Shown here piece after piece: positions 39,224 through 49,895 of a stretch of DNA of 64,000 bases; the stretch's first letter is position 1, and every line of letters begins with the position of its first letter. A model generated the notes under the pieces. That model saw only the letters and a list, made by a program, of their open reading frames with translations, made no database searches and was not told the DNA's origin. This DNA comes from Candidatus Eiseniibacteriota bacterium (GTDB lineage Bacteria > Eisenbacteria > RBG-16-71-46): NCBI GenBank assembly GCA_044223005.1, contig JBGAML010000007.1, forward strand, positions 64,001-128,000. Reading direction: 5' to 3'. Position numbers and translations under genes: made by a program.

Positions 39224-39541
39224 GGAGGGACCTCCTCGAACAGATGGTGAATCGGACGGCCGGTGAACGTGCGGGGACTCGGAGTGCCGCGGCGGATGCG
39301 AGTGCGAAGTGGGGATCGCGAACGTGCGCGTGTGCGCGCCGTGGCTTCGACGCTTCCTACGCTAGGACGTCCGATGCGGTTGCGACAGGCCCGCTGCTGA
39401 CGGAATGCGGACGCAATCGGACACGCGAATCGCCGACGATCGTTCGGCGAATGCGGACGATTCCGGACATGGCGCGACGCGGGACGGTGCGCGACACGTC
39501 CGCGAGACGCGTGGTGGCTTCGTCGCGAGCGGAGAACGTTC

Positions 39542-39570
39542 TTGCTTACATACCGACTGGTCGGTATGCT
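39542..39570 (+). promoter_or_regulatory. sigma70-type promoter overlapped by a TetR-type operator
   Basis: TTGCTT-N17-TATGCT; perfect IR CATACCGAC-tg-GTCGGTATG at 39549-39568. Confidence 0.75.
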
Positions 39571-39648
39571 CGGGTTCGACACGACTCGCGACCCCGCGTG
39601 CCGCCCGAACGGGCGGCCGGCGCGGGGCGCCCGCTCGGGAGCAGACGC

Positions 39649-40338
39649 ATGCGGAAGATCCGTCGCATCGAGCACGCCCGGCGCGGCGCGCGGCCCACGG
39701 CCGGGGCCGCGCGGTCCGGTGCGGCCCCCGGGCGTGGCGCCGACTCGCGCCGGCGGCTGCTCGATGCGGCCCTGCGCGTGATCCGGCGGCAGGGGTACGC
39801 GGCGACGAGCGTGGACGATCTCTGCGCCGAGGCGGGGCTGACCAAGGGTGGCTTCTTCCACCACTTCGCCGGCAAGGAGGACCTCGCGGTCGCGGCCGCG
39901 GCCCACTGGTCGGAGACCACCGGCGCCTTCTTCGCCGCGGCGCCGTACCGGAAGGTCGAGGACCCGCTCGAGCGCGTGTTCGCCTACGTCGATTTCCGCC
40001 GCTCGCTGCTCTCGGGTGCCGTGCCCGAGTTCACCTGCTACGCCGGCACCACCGTGCAGGAGACCTACGCCACGCATCCGGCGCTGCGCGAGGCCTGCGC
40101 CCGGAGCATCCTCGGCCACGCCGCCGAGGTGGCGAAGGACATCGCCGAGGCCAGGCGCCTCCACGCGCCGAAGGCCCCGTGGAGCGCCGAAAGCCTCGCG
40201 CGCCACACGCAGGTCGTCCTCCAGGGCGCGTTCGTCCTCGCGAAGGCCACCGGCAGCCCACGTCTCGCCATCGAATCCGTCGATCACCTGAAGCGCTACC
40301 TGGAACTGCTGTTCGGTCGTCCATCCCGAAAGGACTGA
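39649..40338 (+). CDS. TetR/AcrR family regulator
   Basis: RLLDAA..GYAATSVDDLC..TKGGFFHHF.GKEDL; exact start uncertain. Confidence 0.9.
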   Translation: MRKIRRIEHARRGARPTAGAARSGAAPGRGADSRRRLLDAALRVIRRQGYAATSVDDLCAEAGLTKGGFFHHFAGKEDLAVAAAAHWSETTGAFFAAAPYRKVEDPLERVFAYVDFRRSLLSGAVPEFTCYAGTTVQETYATHPALREACARSILGHAAEVAKDIAEARRLHAPKAPWSAESLARHTQVVLQGAFVLAKATGSPRLAIESVDHLKRYLELLFGRPSRKD

Positions 40339-40343
40339 GTCCC

Positions 40344-41126
40344 ATGGATCCCAACGCGCCCGCCCCGTTCACGTGGTACGAGCTGCTCACGACCGACCTC
40401 GACGCCGCGCTCGACTTCTACCGCCGTGTGATCGGCTGGAAGACCGAGTCGTTCCCCGGCATGCAGCCCCGCTACGACGTGCTGAGCGTCGCCGGCTCCG
40501 CGAGGGGCGTCGCCGGTGCGATGGCGCTCACCGACGAGATGCGCGCGCGCGGTGTGCCGCCGTGCTGGACGGGCTACGTCGGCGTCACCGACGTCGATGC
40601 GACCGTGACGCGCATCACCGCGGCGGGCGGCTCGGTGATGAGCCCCGCGATGGACATTCCCAACGTCGGGCGCTTCGCCGTCGTCGGCGACCCGTGGGGC
40701 GCCGCGTTCATCGTGTTCCGGCCCACCGATCGCGAGGCGCCGCCGCCCCCGACGCCCGGGACGCCCGGCACGATCGGCTGGCACGAACTGCACGCCGGCG
40801 ACGGCCCGAAGGCGTGGGAGTTCTACTCCGGGCTCTTCCGCTGGGAGAAGGACATGGCGGTGGACATGGGCGCGATGGGCGTCTACCAGACGTTCAAGAC
40901 CGGCACCTCGGCCGGCGGCGGCATGATGACGAAGATGAAGGAGATGCCCGTCTCCTGCTGGCTCTACTACTTCAACGTCGACGCCGCGGACGCCGCCGCG
41001 GCGCGGGTGACCGAGCACGGCGGCAAGGTGCTCATGGGCCCCCACGAGGTCCCGGGCGGACAATGGATCGTCCAGTGCCTGGACCCGCAGGGCGCGATGT
41101 TCGCGGTGGTGGCGCCCAAGCGCTGA
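40344..41126 (+). CDS. Tandem VOC/glyoxalase family protein
   Basis: FTWYELLTTD..FY..GW, GRFAVVGDPWGA, WHEL, DPQGA. Confidence 0.9.
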   Translation: MDPNAPAPFTWYELLTTDLDAALDFYRRVIGWKTESFPGMQPRYDVLSVAGSARGVAGAMALTDEMRARGVPPCWTGYVGVTDVDATVTRITAAGGSVMSPAMDIPNVGRFAVVGDPWGAAFIVFRPTDREAPPPPTPGTPGTIGWHELHAGDGPKAWEFYSGLFRWEKDMAVDMGAMGVYQTFKTGTSAGGGMMTKMKEMPVSCWLYYFNVDAADAAAARVTEHGGKVLMGPHEVPGGQWIVQCLDPQGAMFAVVAPKR

Positions 41127-41144
41127 CCGCTCGCGATCTCGCGT

Positions 41145-41187
41145 GACGAACGGCCGCGCTCCACGGACGGAGCGCGGCCGCTTCGTC
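41145..41187. terminator. Bidirectional hairpin between VOC gene and nhaD
   Basis: GACGAA-CGGCCGCGCTCC-acggac-GGAGCGCGGCCG-c-TTCGTC. Confidence 0.7.
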
Positions 41188-41198
41188 GTGCGTCCCGT

Positions 41199-42539
41199 TC
41201 AGCGACCGTTGATCGCGAGGTGGACCGCGATGCTCGCGACGAAACCCGCCGCGACCGCCCACGCCCAGCGCAGGTGGCTCGTGAAAGTGTACGTGCCGCG
41301 CGCCTGCCCCATCAGCGCGACTCCCGCCGCGCTCCCGATGGACAGCAGGGACCCGCCCACGCCGGCCGTGAGCGTGACCAGCAGCCACTGGGCGTGGGAC
41401 ATCTCTGGATGCATGGTCAGGACGGCGTACATGACGGGGATGTTGTCGATCACGGCCGAAAGCAGTCCGACGAGGACGTTCGCGGTCGTCGGACCCAGGT
41501 GCGAGTAGAGCGCGCCCGAGAGCAGGGCGAGGTAGCCGAGCAGGCCGAGACCGCCGACGCACAGCATCACGCCGTAGAAGAACATGAGCGTGTCCCACTC
41601 GACGCGCTGCAGGATGCGATAGATGTCGAAATGCGCGTCGGCACCGTCGTCGACCGCCATCTCGGCCAGCACTTCCTCGCTCGACGCCGGCTCCCGGCCG
41701 CCGCGCGACCGTTCGAACGCGTGGCTGTAGAGCTTGAGCGCTCCGAGCCCCGTCATCATCCCCAGGACGGGAGGAAGATGCGTCGACTGGTGGAGCAGGA
41801 CGGTGCCGAAGATCGTGCCCAGGAAAAGCACGACGACGCCGGCCGCTCCCGGGCGCATCCGGACGCTGCCGCGCTCGGCCGTGGGCCGGCCCGCGGGCAC
41901 GGCCGCGGTGAGGATCACGGCGGGCACGAGCCAGTTGGCCAGTGCGGGCAGGAGCAGCGCGCCGAACTCCCCGAAAGCCACGTGCCCCTTCTGCCAGACC
42001 ATGAGGGTGGTGATGTCCCCGAACGGGCTGAACGCGCCGCCCGCATTGGCGGCGACCACGATGTTGATGCACGCGGGCACCTGGAAGCGCGGATCCCGGC
42101 CCCCCACGGAGAGCACGACCGCTCCCATCACGAGCGCCGTGGTCAGGTTGTCCGCGATGGGCGAAAGCAGGAACGCGAACGTTCCGGTCGTCCAGAAGAG
42201 CGCCCGCAGCGAGAGATCCCGCCGGACCAGCCACGCCCGCAGTGCCGCGAACACGCGCCGGTCCTCCAGCGTGTTCACGAACGTGATCGCGGACAGCAGG
42301 AAGAAGAACAACTCGGCGAACTCGAGCAGGCTGTGGCGCAACGCCTCCGTCATCGCCTCGGTGTCGCCGGCGGCCGAGAAGGAGATCCCGACCAGCGTCC
42401 AGATCAAGCCGGCGGCCAGCATGACCGGAACGGACTTGCGCAGGTGGAGCTTGTCCTCGAGCGCGACGAGGAGGTAGGCGATCGCGAAGATCCCCAGGCT
42501 GGCGGGGCCAACCCAGGCGTTGGGAAGCGGCATCGGCAT
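41199..42539 (-). CDS. nhaD: NhaD-family Na+/H+ antiporter
   Basis: LRKS.P, SPIADNLTT, ANAGGAFSPFGDITTLMVW, IDNIP, GGSLLSIGSAAGVA. Confidence 0.92.
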   Translation of the reverse strand: MPMPLPNAWVGPASLGIFAIAYLLVALEDKLHLRKSVPVMLAAGLIWTLVGISFSAAGDTEAMTEALRHSLLEFAELFFFLLSAITFVNTLEDRRVFAALRAWLVRRDLSLRALFWTTGTFAFLLSPIADNLTTALVMGAVVLSVGGRDPRFQVPACINIVVAANAGGAFSPFGDITTLMVWQKGHVAFGEFGALLLPALANWLVPAVILTAAVPAGRPTAERGSVRMRPGAAGVVVLFLGTIFGTVLLHQSTHLPPVLGMMTGLGALKLYSHAFERSRGGREPASSEEVLAEMAVDDGADAHFDIYRILQRVEWDTLMFFYGVMLCVGGLGLLGYLALLSGALYSHLGPTTANVLVGLLSAVIDNIPVMYAVLTMHPEMSHAQWLLVTLTAGVGGSLLSIGSAAGVALMGQARGTYTFTSHLRWAWAVAAGFVASIAVHLAINGR

Positions 42540-43257
42540 CGACCTCGGTTCGGGGTGGGGCTCGCCCTGCGAGGGGCGCCGCGAGGAGGAAGGCCGGGCG
42601 GGCACGAGGCCCGCACCTCCTCCACGAGCGCGGAGGGCGTACCCGCACGTTATCCCGCTCCCCGCCCGCCCGGCCAGCAAAACCGCCCCTTGTGCTCGGA
42701 GGATTGCAGGTGGCGCGGGAACTGCGACTCCAGCCCGGCATGCGCAGAGCGGTGACGCCGGACCGACGTGTCCTGTTCGGCCGCTATCCCAAGGCCGAAC
42801 GCAGGTTGTCTCCCAGGGGCGATACCGGGACTCGATCCGTCCCGCCGACCCGCGCCGTCACGACCGTTGGCGGTGTGGCGACGGCGCGTACGATTTCGTC
42901 CACTCACGCCTCGAACCGCGACGGACTCCGCAAGCGCACGGCACCCGATTTCGAGCGACTCCGGCCGCCGACGGCGCCCGGGGATCCGCGGCTCGCTGGA
43001 CCCGATCACGAAAATACCCCCGGCAGGGAGGGCTTCCGCCCAAGCAGTGACGACAGCTCCCGGTAGCCTGGAATTCGCGCAAGGGCCCGCAGCAGAAGGG
43101 CATGAGCCCCGCCGACCTGCATTCTTCCGAGCACAACCAGCGGCTTGCCACGCCGGTGCCGCTTCGGTAGCTTCCGGCGCTCAGTGTGTCCACTCCACTC
43201 CATGCTGGCCCGGGGCTGCCCAAGCCGTTCGCGCCCGGCCGCGATACGGGAGATTTC

Positions 43258-44397
43258 ATGAACCTCCACGAATACCAGGGCAAGGAGTTGTTCGCCCGGT
43301 ACGGCCTGCCGGTGCTTCCCGGACAGGTGGCCGCGACGCCGGACGAGGCGCGCGACGTCGCCGCCCAGCTCGGCGGGCTCGTGGTCATCAAGGCCCAGGT
43401 GCAGGTGGGCGGCCGCGGCAAGGCGGGCGGCGTCAAGCTCGCGCACACGCCCGACGAGGCCTGGGAGAAGGCGCGCGACATCCTCGCGCTGACGATCAAG
43501 GGGCTCCCGGTGCGCAAGGTGCTCGTGGCGCAGGCCGCGGACATCGCGAAGGAGTACTACCTCTCGATCGTGATGGACCGCGAAAAGAAGGCGCCGCTCA
43601 TCATGCTCTCCGCCGAGGGCGGTGTGGACATCGAGGAAGTGGCGCGCGTCGCGCCCGAGAAGATCCTCAAGCAGCACATCCCGCTCGAAGGCCTGCGTCC
43701 GTACGCGGCCCGCGCGCTGATGATGCAGGTGTTCAAGGACTTCGCGCAGGCGCAGCAGGCGGCGGCGATCCTGCTCAAGCTCTACAACGTCTTCATGGAC
43801 GGCGACTGCTCGCTCGCCGAGATCAACCCCCTGGCCGTGACGCCCGAAGGCAAGGTGATCGCCCTGGACGCCAAGGTCGTGCTCGACGACAACGCCGACT
43901 ACCGCCACAAAGACTGGGAGCACTGGCGCGATCCGGCCGACGAGTCGTCGTGGTCGCGACTGGCCCGGGAGAAGGGCCTGTCGTACGTCAAGCTCGACGG
44001 TGACATCGGCTGCGTCGTCAACGGCGCCGGGCTCGCGATGGCGACCATGGACCTCATCAAGCACTACGGCGGCGAGCCGGCCAACTTCCTCGACATCGGC
44101 GGTTCATCCAACCCCGAGAAGGTCACCGCCGCGCTCAAGATCATCACGGGCGACGGCCACGTGCGCGCGATCCTGTTCAACATCTTCGGCGGCATCACGC
44201 GCTGCGACGACGTCGCCAACGGCATCGTCGCCTCGCTCAAGGAGTCGCCGCTCCCGGTGCCGCTGGTCATCCGGCTCACCGGCACCAACGAGGAGAAGGC
44301 GCGCCAGATCCTCTCGGACTACGGCCTTGGCGCCACCACCAGCATGGACGAAGCCGTGCGCATGGTGATCGCCCGCGCGCAGGAGGTGAACGCGTGA
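43258..44397 (+). CDS. sucC: Succinyl-CoA synthetase beta subunit
   Basis: [36 protein letters not shown]. Confidence 0.97.
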   Translation: MNLHEYQGKELFARYGLPVLPGQVAATPDEARDVAAQLGGLVVIKAQVQVGGRGKAGGVKLAHTPDEAWEKARDILALTIKGLPVRKVLVAQAADIAKEYYLSIVMDREKKAPLIMLSAEGGVDIEEVARVAPEKILKQHIPLEGLRPYAARALMMQVFKDFAQAQQAAAILLKLYNVFMDGDCSLAEINPLAVTPEGKVIALDAKVVLDDNADYRHKDWEHWRDPADESSWSRLAREKGLSYVKLDGDIGCVVNGAGLAMATMDLIKHYGGEPANFLDIGGSSNPEKVTAALKIITGDGHVRAILFNIFGGITRCDDVANGIVASLKESPLPVPLVIRLTGTNEEKARQILSDYGLGATTSMDEAVRMVIARAQEVNA

Positions 44398-45455
44398 GCG
44401 TCCTGATCGACAAGAACACGCGCCTGGTCGTGCAGGGCATCACGGGCCGCGACGGCGCCTTCCACACGCAGCAGATGATCGCCTACGGCACCAAGGTCGT
44501 CGCCGGCGTCACGCCCGGCAAGGGCGGCACCGAGATGCACGGCGTGCCGGTGTTCGACACGGTGGCCGAGGCGGTCGAGAAGACGAAGGCCAACACCTCG
44601 GTGATCTACGTCCCCGCGGCGTTCGCGGCCGACGCGATCCACGAGGCGGCCGACGCCGGCATCTCGCTGATCGTCTGCATCACCGAAGGCGTGCCGGTGC
44701 GCGACACGCTCGCGGCGTGGCACAAGGTCATGGCGATGCGCGGCGAGGGCAACCCGCTCGGCCGCCCGCGTCTCGTCGGCCCCAACTGCCCCGGGCTCAT
44801 CACGCCGGGCCAGGCCAAGGTCGGCATCCTGCCGGGCCACATCGTGACCCCGGGCCCGATCGGCGTCGTCTCCAAGAGCGGCACGCTCACCTACGAGGTC
44901 GTGAAGCAGCTCACCGACCGCGGCCTCGGCCAGACGACGTGCATCGGTATCGGCGGCGATCCCGTGATCGGCACCGACTTCATCGACGCCCTCTCGCTCT
45001 TCGAGGCGGATCCGAAGACCGAGGCGATCGTGCTGATGGGCGAGATCGGCGGCAACGCCGAGGAGCAGGCCGCGCAGTTCATCAAGCGCCACGTGACCAA
45101 GCCCGTCGTCGCGTTCGTCGCGGGCCAGACCGCGCCTCCGGGCAAGCGGATGGGGCACGCGGGCGCGATCATCTCCGGCGGCACGGGCACGGCGGCGGAG
45201 AAGATGGCGGCGTTCGAGGCGGCCGGCGTGCCGGTCGCGCGTATCCCGTCGGAGATCCCGGGCCTGATCTCGGAACTGCTGCAGCGCCGGCGCGCGCGCA
45301 AGAAGAACGGCGCGGCGAAATCGGCGAAGAAGGCCACGAAGAAGCCGGCGCCGAAGGCGAAGCCCGGCAAGAAGCCGGTCCCCTCGAAGCGCTCGGGGGC
45401 GTCCCGCAAGGCGGCGCGTCCCGCATCCCGAAAGAAGACCGCGCGCCGCAAGTAG
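44394..45455 (+). CDS. sucD: Succinyl-CoA synthetase alpha subunit with basic C-terminal tail
   Basis: [32 protein letters not shown]. Confidence 0.97.
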   Translation: MSVLIDKNTRLVVQGITGRDGAFHTQQMIAYGTKVVAGVTPGKGGTEMHGVPVFDTVAEAVEKTKANTSVIYVPAAFAADAIHEAADAGISLIVCITEGVPVRDTLAAWHKVMAMRGEGNPLGRPRLVGPNCPGLITPGQAKVGILPGHIVTPGPIGVVSKSGTLTYEVVKQLTDRGLGQTTCIGIGGDPVIGTDFIDALSLFEADPKTEAIVLMGEIGGNAEEQAAQFIKRHVTKPVVAFVAGQTAPPGKRMGHAGAIISGGTGTAAEKMAAFEAAGVPVARIPSEIPGLISELLQRRRARKKNGAAKSAKKATKKPAPKAKPGKKPVPSKRSGASRKAARPASRKKTARRK

Positions 45456-45521
45456 GCGCGAGACCATTCCACCGAAGCAGCGCGGAGCGGCCCGCAGGCC
45501 GGCGTCCGCAGGAGGTTTCAC

Positions 45522-45944
45522 GTGGCGCTGGAACGTACCCTGTTCATCGTCAAGCCCGATGCGACCGAGCGGCACCTCATCGGCAAGATCCTCGCGCACG
45601 TCGAGGACAAGGGGTTCTCGATCGTCGAGGCCCGGCTCGCGCGGCTGACGCGTGAGCAGTGCCAGGAGTTCTACGCCGAGCACAACGGCAAGCCGTTCTT
45701 CAACGACCTGGTCGATTTCATGACCTCGGCGCCGGTCATGCTCTGCTGCCTCGAGCGCGAGAACGCCGTGACCACCCTGCGCGAGGTGATCGGCGCGACC
45801 GACCCGGCCCAGGCGGCCGAGGGCACCGTGCGCAAGCTGTACGCGAAGTCCAAGGGCGCGAACTCGGTGCACGCCTCCGACAGCCTCCCGAGCGCCGAGC
45901 GCGAGGTGAAGCTGTTCTTCGGCGTCGCGGCCCTGGCGCACTGA
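45522..45944 (+). CDS. ndk: Nucleoside diphosphate kinase
   Basis: ERTLFIVKPDA, GATDP, NSVHASDS. Confidence 0.97.
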   Translation: MALERTLFIVKPDATERHLIGKILAHVEDKGFSIVEARLARLTREQCQEFYAEHNGKPFFNDLVDFMTSAPVMLCCLERENAVTTLREVIGATDPAQAAEGTVRKLYAKSKGANSVHASDSLPSAEREVKLFFGVAALAH

Positions 45945-45966
45945 CCGGCCGGACCAGCAGAGCTTC

Positions 45967-45995
45967 GGGCGGCCGTCCCCACGGGGCGGCCGCCC
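45967..45995 (+). terminator. Hairpin after ndk
   Basis: GGGCGGCCGTCCC/GGGGCGGCCGCCC stem followed by AGTTGTT. Confidence 0.6.
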
Positions 45996-46087
45996 AGTTG
46001 TTGAAATGCTCGTAAAGGATTGTGAAAACGTCGCTTGGTTCGTATGGGCCGGGGCCAGTCCCGGACCCGACGGAAGCGCCGTCCATC

Positions 46088-46117
46088 TGGACTCAATCCC
46101 CGCAACTATGCTAGTTT
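46088..46117 (+). promoter_or_regulatory. Possible sigma70 promoter of the yceD-rpmF-fab operon
   Basis: TGGACT-N18-TAGTTT with extended -10 TG. Confidence 0.4.
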
Positions 46118-46160
46118 CCGCGCGTTTGGAGGGTCGGCCCGACGGCCGACTCGTTCCTTA

Positions 46161-46631
46161 ATGACCGACTTCATTCTCGACCTCGCGACCCTGAAGCCCA
46201 CGCTGAACCGGGTGGAGGTCGAAACACCGGCTCATGACGTCGGGCTTCCCGACGCCGAGTGGCCCGGATCCGTCCGGGCGTCGCTCCGCGTCGAGAAGTC
46301 CGGGTCACGAGTCACGGTGCGCGGCACGGTGACTTCGGCGGCCCGGCTGGAATGCGTGCGATGCCTGCGCGAGTTCGACCAGGCGCTGACGGCCGACCTG
46401 ACCGTGTTCGCCGAGCAGAGTGGCAGCGCGCGTCGCGACGAGCAGGAACAGCTCGAGCGTGACGATTACATGTTGTTTCACGATGGGCGGCGGCTGGACC
46501 TGCGCGAAACCGTGCGGGAGTCGTTGCTGCTCGAGTTACCCATCTCTCCCCATTGCCGGGAGGATTGTCCGGGGCTGTGCCCGAAGTGTGGCGCCGACCT
46601 CGACGCAGGGCCGTGCGGCTGCACGGCCTGA
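46161..46631 (+). CDS. yceD: DUF177 (YceD-like) protein
   Basis: CVRCL, CREDCPGLCPKCG..CGC; canonical position upstream of rpmF. Confidence 0.9.
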   Translation: MTDFILDLATLKPTLNRVEVETPAHDVGLPDAEWPGSVRASLRVEKSGSRVTVRGTVTSAARLECVRCLREFDQALTADLTVFAEQSGSARRDEQEQLERDDYMLFHDGRRLDLRETVRESLLLELPISPHCREDCPGLCPKCGADLDAGPCGCTA

Positions 46632-46674
46632 CGTCACGGTCCGGGCAGGGCTCCGATCCAGGAGGACAGGCATC

Positions 46675-46857
46675 ATGGCGGTTCCGAAGCGGCGGCACTC
46701 GTCCACGCGCGGCAAGAAGCGGCGCACCGGCTGGAAGCTGAAGACGTACGCGACGAACGTCTGCAGCCACTGCGGTGCCCCGCGGCTGCCGCACCGGATC
46801 TGCCCGAGCTGCGGCTACTACCAGGGCGAAGAGATCGTCACGCCTCGCGAGCAGTAG
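46675..46857 (+). CDS. rpmF: 50S ribosomal protein L32 (Zn-ribbon type)
   Basis: MAVPKRRHS..CSHCG..PHRICPSCGYY; GGAGG SD. Confidence 0.97.
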   Translation: MAVPKRRHSSTRGKKRRTGWKLKTYATNVCSHCGAPRLPHRICPSCGYYQGEEIVTPREQ

Positions 46858-46874
46858 GCGCGAGCGACCCGATC

Positions 46875-47897
46875 ATGTCCCAGATCCCGCGCATCGGGAT
46901 TGATGCGATGGGAGGCGACTTCGGCCCGGTTCCCGTGGCCGAAGGTGCCGCGGCCGCGCTGCGCGAGAGTCCCGGGCGCTTCCAGCTGACGCTGGTGGGC
47001 GACGAGGCCGAGATTCGCGCGGCGCTCCGGCGCGCGCACGCCGATTCGCTGCCGATCGACGTCGTCCATGCCGCCGAGAAGGTGGACATGGGCGCCAAGG
47101 CGGCGGCGGCCGCGCGCCGTTCCGGCACCTCGCTCGGCGTGCTCACGCAGCTCCACAAGGAGCGCAAGCTCGATGCGATCTTCAGCGCCGGCAACACGGG
47201 TGCCGTCGTCGCGTCGGCGCTGCTCGGCCTGGGCCGCATCGAGGGCGTCGCTCGCCCGGCGCTGGCCGCGCTCTTCCCGAACGTCGGCGCCGGCACCGTC
47301 GCCCTGGACGTCGGCGCGAACGCCGAGGTGAAGCCGCAGTACATCGTCCAGTTCGCCCACATGGGCTCGTGCTACGCGCGCTACCTGCTCGGCCGCGAGA
47401 ATCCCCGCGTCGGGCTGCTGTCGATCGGTGAAGAGGACAGCAAGGGCAACCAGCTCGTGCAGGAAACCCTGCCGCTGCTGCGCGCCGCCAAGCATCTGAA
47501 CTTCATCGGCAACGTCGAGGGACGTGACCTGTTCAAGGGCACGTGCGACGTGATCGTGACCGATGGTTTCACCGGCAACGTGCTGCTCAAGACGGCCGAG
47601 AGCGCCGCGAGTTTCCTCGCGAGCGAGGTGCGCAGCCAGGTCAAGCGCGACCCGCTGGCCATGGTGGGGGCGGTGCTCATGAGCGGCGCGCTCGGGCGGC
47701 TCAAGCGCCGGCTGGACTGGGAGGAATACGGCGGCGTTCCGCTGCTGGGCGTCAATGGAGTGTGCTTCATCGGCCACGGGGCCAGCCGGGCGCGCGCGTT
47801 CCACAGCGCGATCCGCACGCTGACCGCGTTCGTCGAGAAGCGGGTCAACGAACACATCCGCGAGGAGATCCAAGCCGACCATGTCACCGCGGCCTGA
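46875..47897 (+). CDS. plsX: Phosphate acyltransferase
   Basis: IDAMGGD, SAGNTGA, LDVGAN, DGFTGN, GHG. Confidence 0.96.
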   Translation: MSQIPRIGIDAMGGDFGPVPVAEGAAAALRESPGRFQLTLVGDEAEIRAALRRAHADSLPIDVVHAAEKVDMGAKAAAAARRSGTSLGVLTQLHKERKLDAIFSAGNTGAVVASALLGLGRIEGVARPALAALFPNVGAGTVALDVGANAEVKPQYIVQFAHMGSCYARYLLGRENPRVGLLSIGEEDSKGNQLVQETLPLLRAAKHLNFIGNVEGRDLFKGTCDVIVTDGFTGNVLLKTAESAASFLASEVRSQVKRDPLAMVGAVLMSGALGRLKRRLDWEEYGGVPLLGVNGVCFIGHGASRARAFHSAIRTLTAFVEKRVNEHIREEIQADHVTAA

Positions 47898-47901
47898 CGC
47901 C

Positions 47902-48948
47902 ATGCGCGGCACCACCATCACGGGGACCGGCCACTACGTGCCGGAGCGCGTGCTCTCCAACCACGACCTCGAGAAGCTGGTGGACACCTCCGACCAGTGG
48001 ATCGTGGAGCGCACCGGCATCCGCGAGCGGCGCATCGCCGCGGCGGACCAGTCGTCGTCGGACCTCGCCGTCGAAGCCTGCCGGCGCGCGCTCGAGATGG
48101 CGAAGGTGGACGCGAAGGACGTCGACCAGCTGATCCTCGCGACCACGACGCCGGATCGCATCCTGCCGTCGTGCGCGTGCACGGTGCAGCGCAAGCTCGG
48201 GCTGCCGCGCGCCGCGTGCTACGACATGTTCGCCGCCTGCACGGGCTTCGTGTTCGGCGTCGGCATGGCGCGCGGGCTCGTGAGCGGCCGCATGGCCGAC
48301 ACCGTGCTCGTGGTGGGCGTCGAGACGCTCTCGCGCATCGTCGACTACACCGACCGCAACACCTGCGTGCTGTTCGGCGACGGCGCCGGAGCGGCCGTGT
48401 TCCAGGCCTGCGCGCCCGGCGAGGGCGTGCACGCGGTGGACATGCACAGCGACGGCGACCTCGGCGAGGTGCTCGAGGTGCCGGCCGGCATCTCCACGAA
48501 TCGCGCCAGCGCCGAGACGATCGCCGCGGGCGATCACTTCATCCGCATGCAGGGCAAGAAGCTCTTCCCGTTCGCGGTGCGCAGCATGGAGGAGTCCACG
48601 CGCATCTGCTGCGAGCGCGCCGAGTGGAACCCCGCGGACGTCGACCTGTTCATCCCGCACCAGGCGAACCTGCGCATCATCGAGGGCGTTCGCGAGCGGC
48701 TCGGCCTGCCCGAGGACAAGGTCTACGTGAACATCGACCGGCTCGGAAACACGTCGTCGGCGTCGATCCCGATCGCGCTCGACGAGTGTGTGCGCGCGGG
48801 CCGCGTGAAGAAGGGCGACAAGCTCGCGTTCGCCGCGTTCGGCGGCGGCGCGACGTGGGGCGCCACCACCATGACCTGGACGCTGCCCGCGTACCTCGAA
48901 GGTTCGCTGGCCGGGGCGACGGGCGCGACGCGCGGGGCCAACGCGTGA
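47902..48948 (+). CDS. fabH: Beta-ketoacyl-ACP synthase III
   Basis: AACTGF, LFGDGAGA, PHQAN, GNTSSAS. Confidence 0.96.
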   Translation: MRGTTITGTGHYVPERVLSNHDLEKLVDTSDQWIVERTGIRERRIAAADQSSSDLAVEACRRALEMAKVDAKDVDQLILATTTPDRILPSCACTVQRKLGLPRAACYDMFAACTGFVFGVGMARGLVSGRMADTVLVVGVETLSRIVDYTDRNTCVLFGDGAGAAVFQACAPGEGVHAVDMHSDGDLGEVLEVPAGISTNRASAETIAAGDHFIRMQGKKLFPFAVRSMEESTRICCERAEWNPADVDLFIPHQANLRIIEGVRERLGLPEDKVYVNIDRLGNTSSASIPIALDECVRAGRVKKGDKLAFAAFGGGATWGATTMTWTLPAYLEGSLAGATGATRGANA

Positions 48949-49895
48949 AGCTCGCCTTCCTGTTCCCGGGCCAGGGCGCGCAGGGCGTCGGCATGGGCCG
49001 CGCCCTCGCCGAGGCGCACCCCGCGGCGCGCGAGACGTTCGCCACGGCGGACCGCGTGCTCGGCTACGCGCTGAGCGAGCTGTGCTGGAACGGTCCCGCC
49101 GAGGACCTGAAGAAGAGCGTGCACACCCAGCCCGCACTGCTGACGCACAGCGTCGCGGCGTGGCGGCTGGTCGACGCCGCGGGCTTCGCGCCCGCGTACG
49201 TCGCGGGACATTCGCTGGGCGAGTACTCGGCCTGCGTCGCCGCGGGCGCGCTGTCGTTCGAGGACGCGCTCGTGCTGACGCGCCGGCGCGGCGAGCTCAT
49301 GTACCAGGCCGGTCTCGACCGTCCGGGGGCCATGGCGGCGATCCTCGGCCTCTCGGCCGCGGACGTCGAAGCCGCGTGCGCCGAGGCGGCCAGCGCGGGC
49401 GTCGTGCGCGCGGCGAACCTCAACGCGCCGGGACAGGTGGTCGTGAGCGGTGAGCCGGCCGCGGTGGACGCGGCGTGCGCGGCGGCCAAGGCGCGCGGCG
49501 CCAAGCGCGCGATCAAGCTGGAAGTGAGTGGTGCATTCCACTCGCCGCTGATGGGCTCGGCCGCGAAGGGCCTCGCCGAGGCGCTCGCGCAGGCGTCGTT
49601 CCGCGACGCGCGCTGCCCCATCGTCTCCAACGCCTGGGCGCGTCCCGTGCAGCGCGCGGACGAGATCCGCGCCGCGCTCGAGGAGCAGCTCCTGGCGTCG
49701 GTGCGCTGGGAGGAATCCATGAACGCGCTGGTCGGGCTCGGCGTCGAAGGCTTCGTCGAGCTGGGTTCGGGCAAGGTGCTGCGGGGGCTGCTGCGCACGA
49801 TCCACTCGGCGTCGCCGAGCTGGAACGTCGAGGACCCCGAGAGCCTGCAGGCGACGCTGTCGGCACTGGCGCCGGCGGCAGGGAGGAGCGCATGA
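48945..49895 (+). CDS. fabD: Malonyl-CoA:ACP transacylase
   Basis: [23 protein letters not shown] overlap. Confidence 0.96.
   Translation: MKLAFLFPGQGAQGVGMGRALAEAHPAARETFATADRVLGYALSELCWNGPAEDLKKSVHTQPALLTHSVAAWRLVDAAGFAPAYVAGHSLGEYSACVAAGALSFEDALVLTRRRGELMYQAGLDRPGAMAAILGLSAADVEAACAEAASAGVVRAANLNAPGQVVVSGEPAAVDAACAAAKARGAKRAIKLEVSGAFHSPLMGSAAKGLAEALAQASFRDARCPIVSNAWARPVQRADEIRAALEEQLLASVRWEESMNALVGLGVEGFVELGSGKVLRGLLRTIHSASPSWNVEDPESLQATLSALAPAAGRSA

Noticed and set aside
42560..42660. Na+/Li+ riboswitch upstream of nhaD
   Set aside because: GC hairpins are present but I could not match the nhaA-I/II or DUF1646 consensus by eye; needs Infernal
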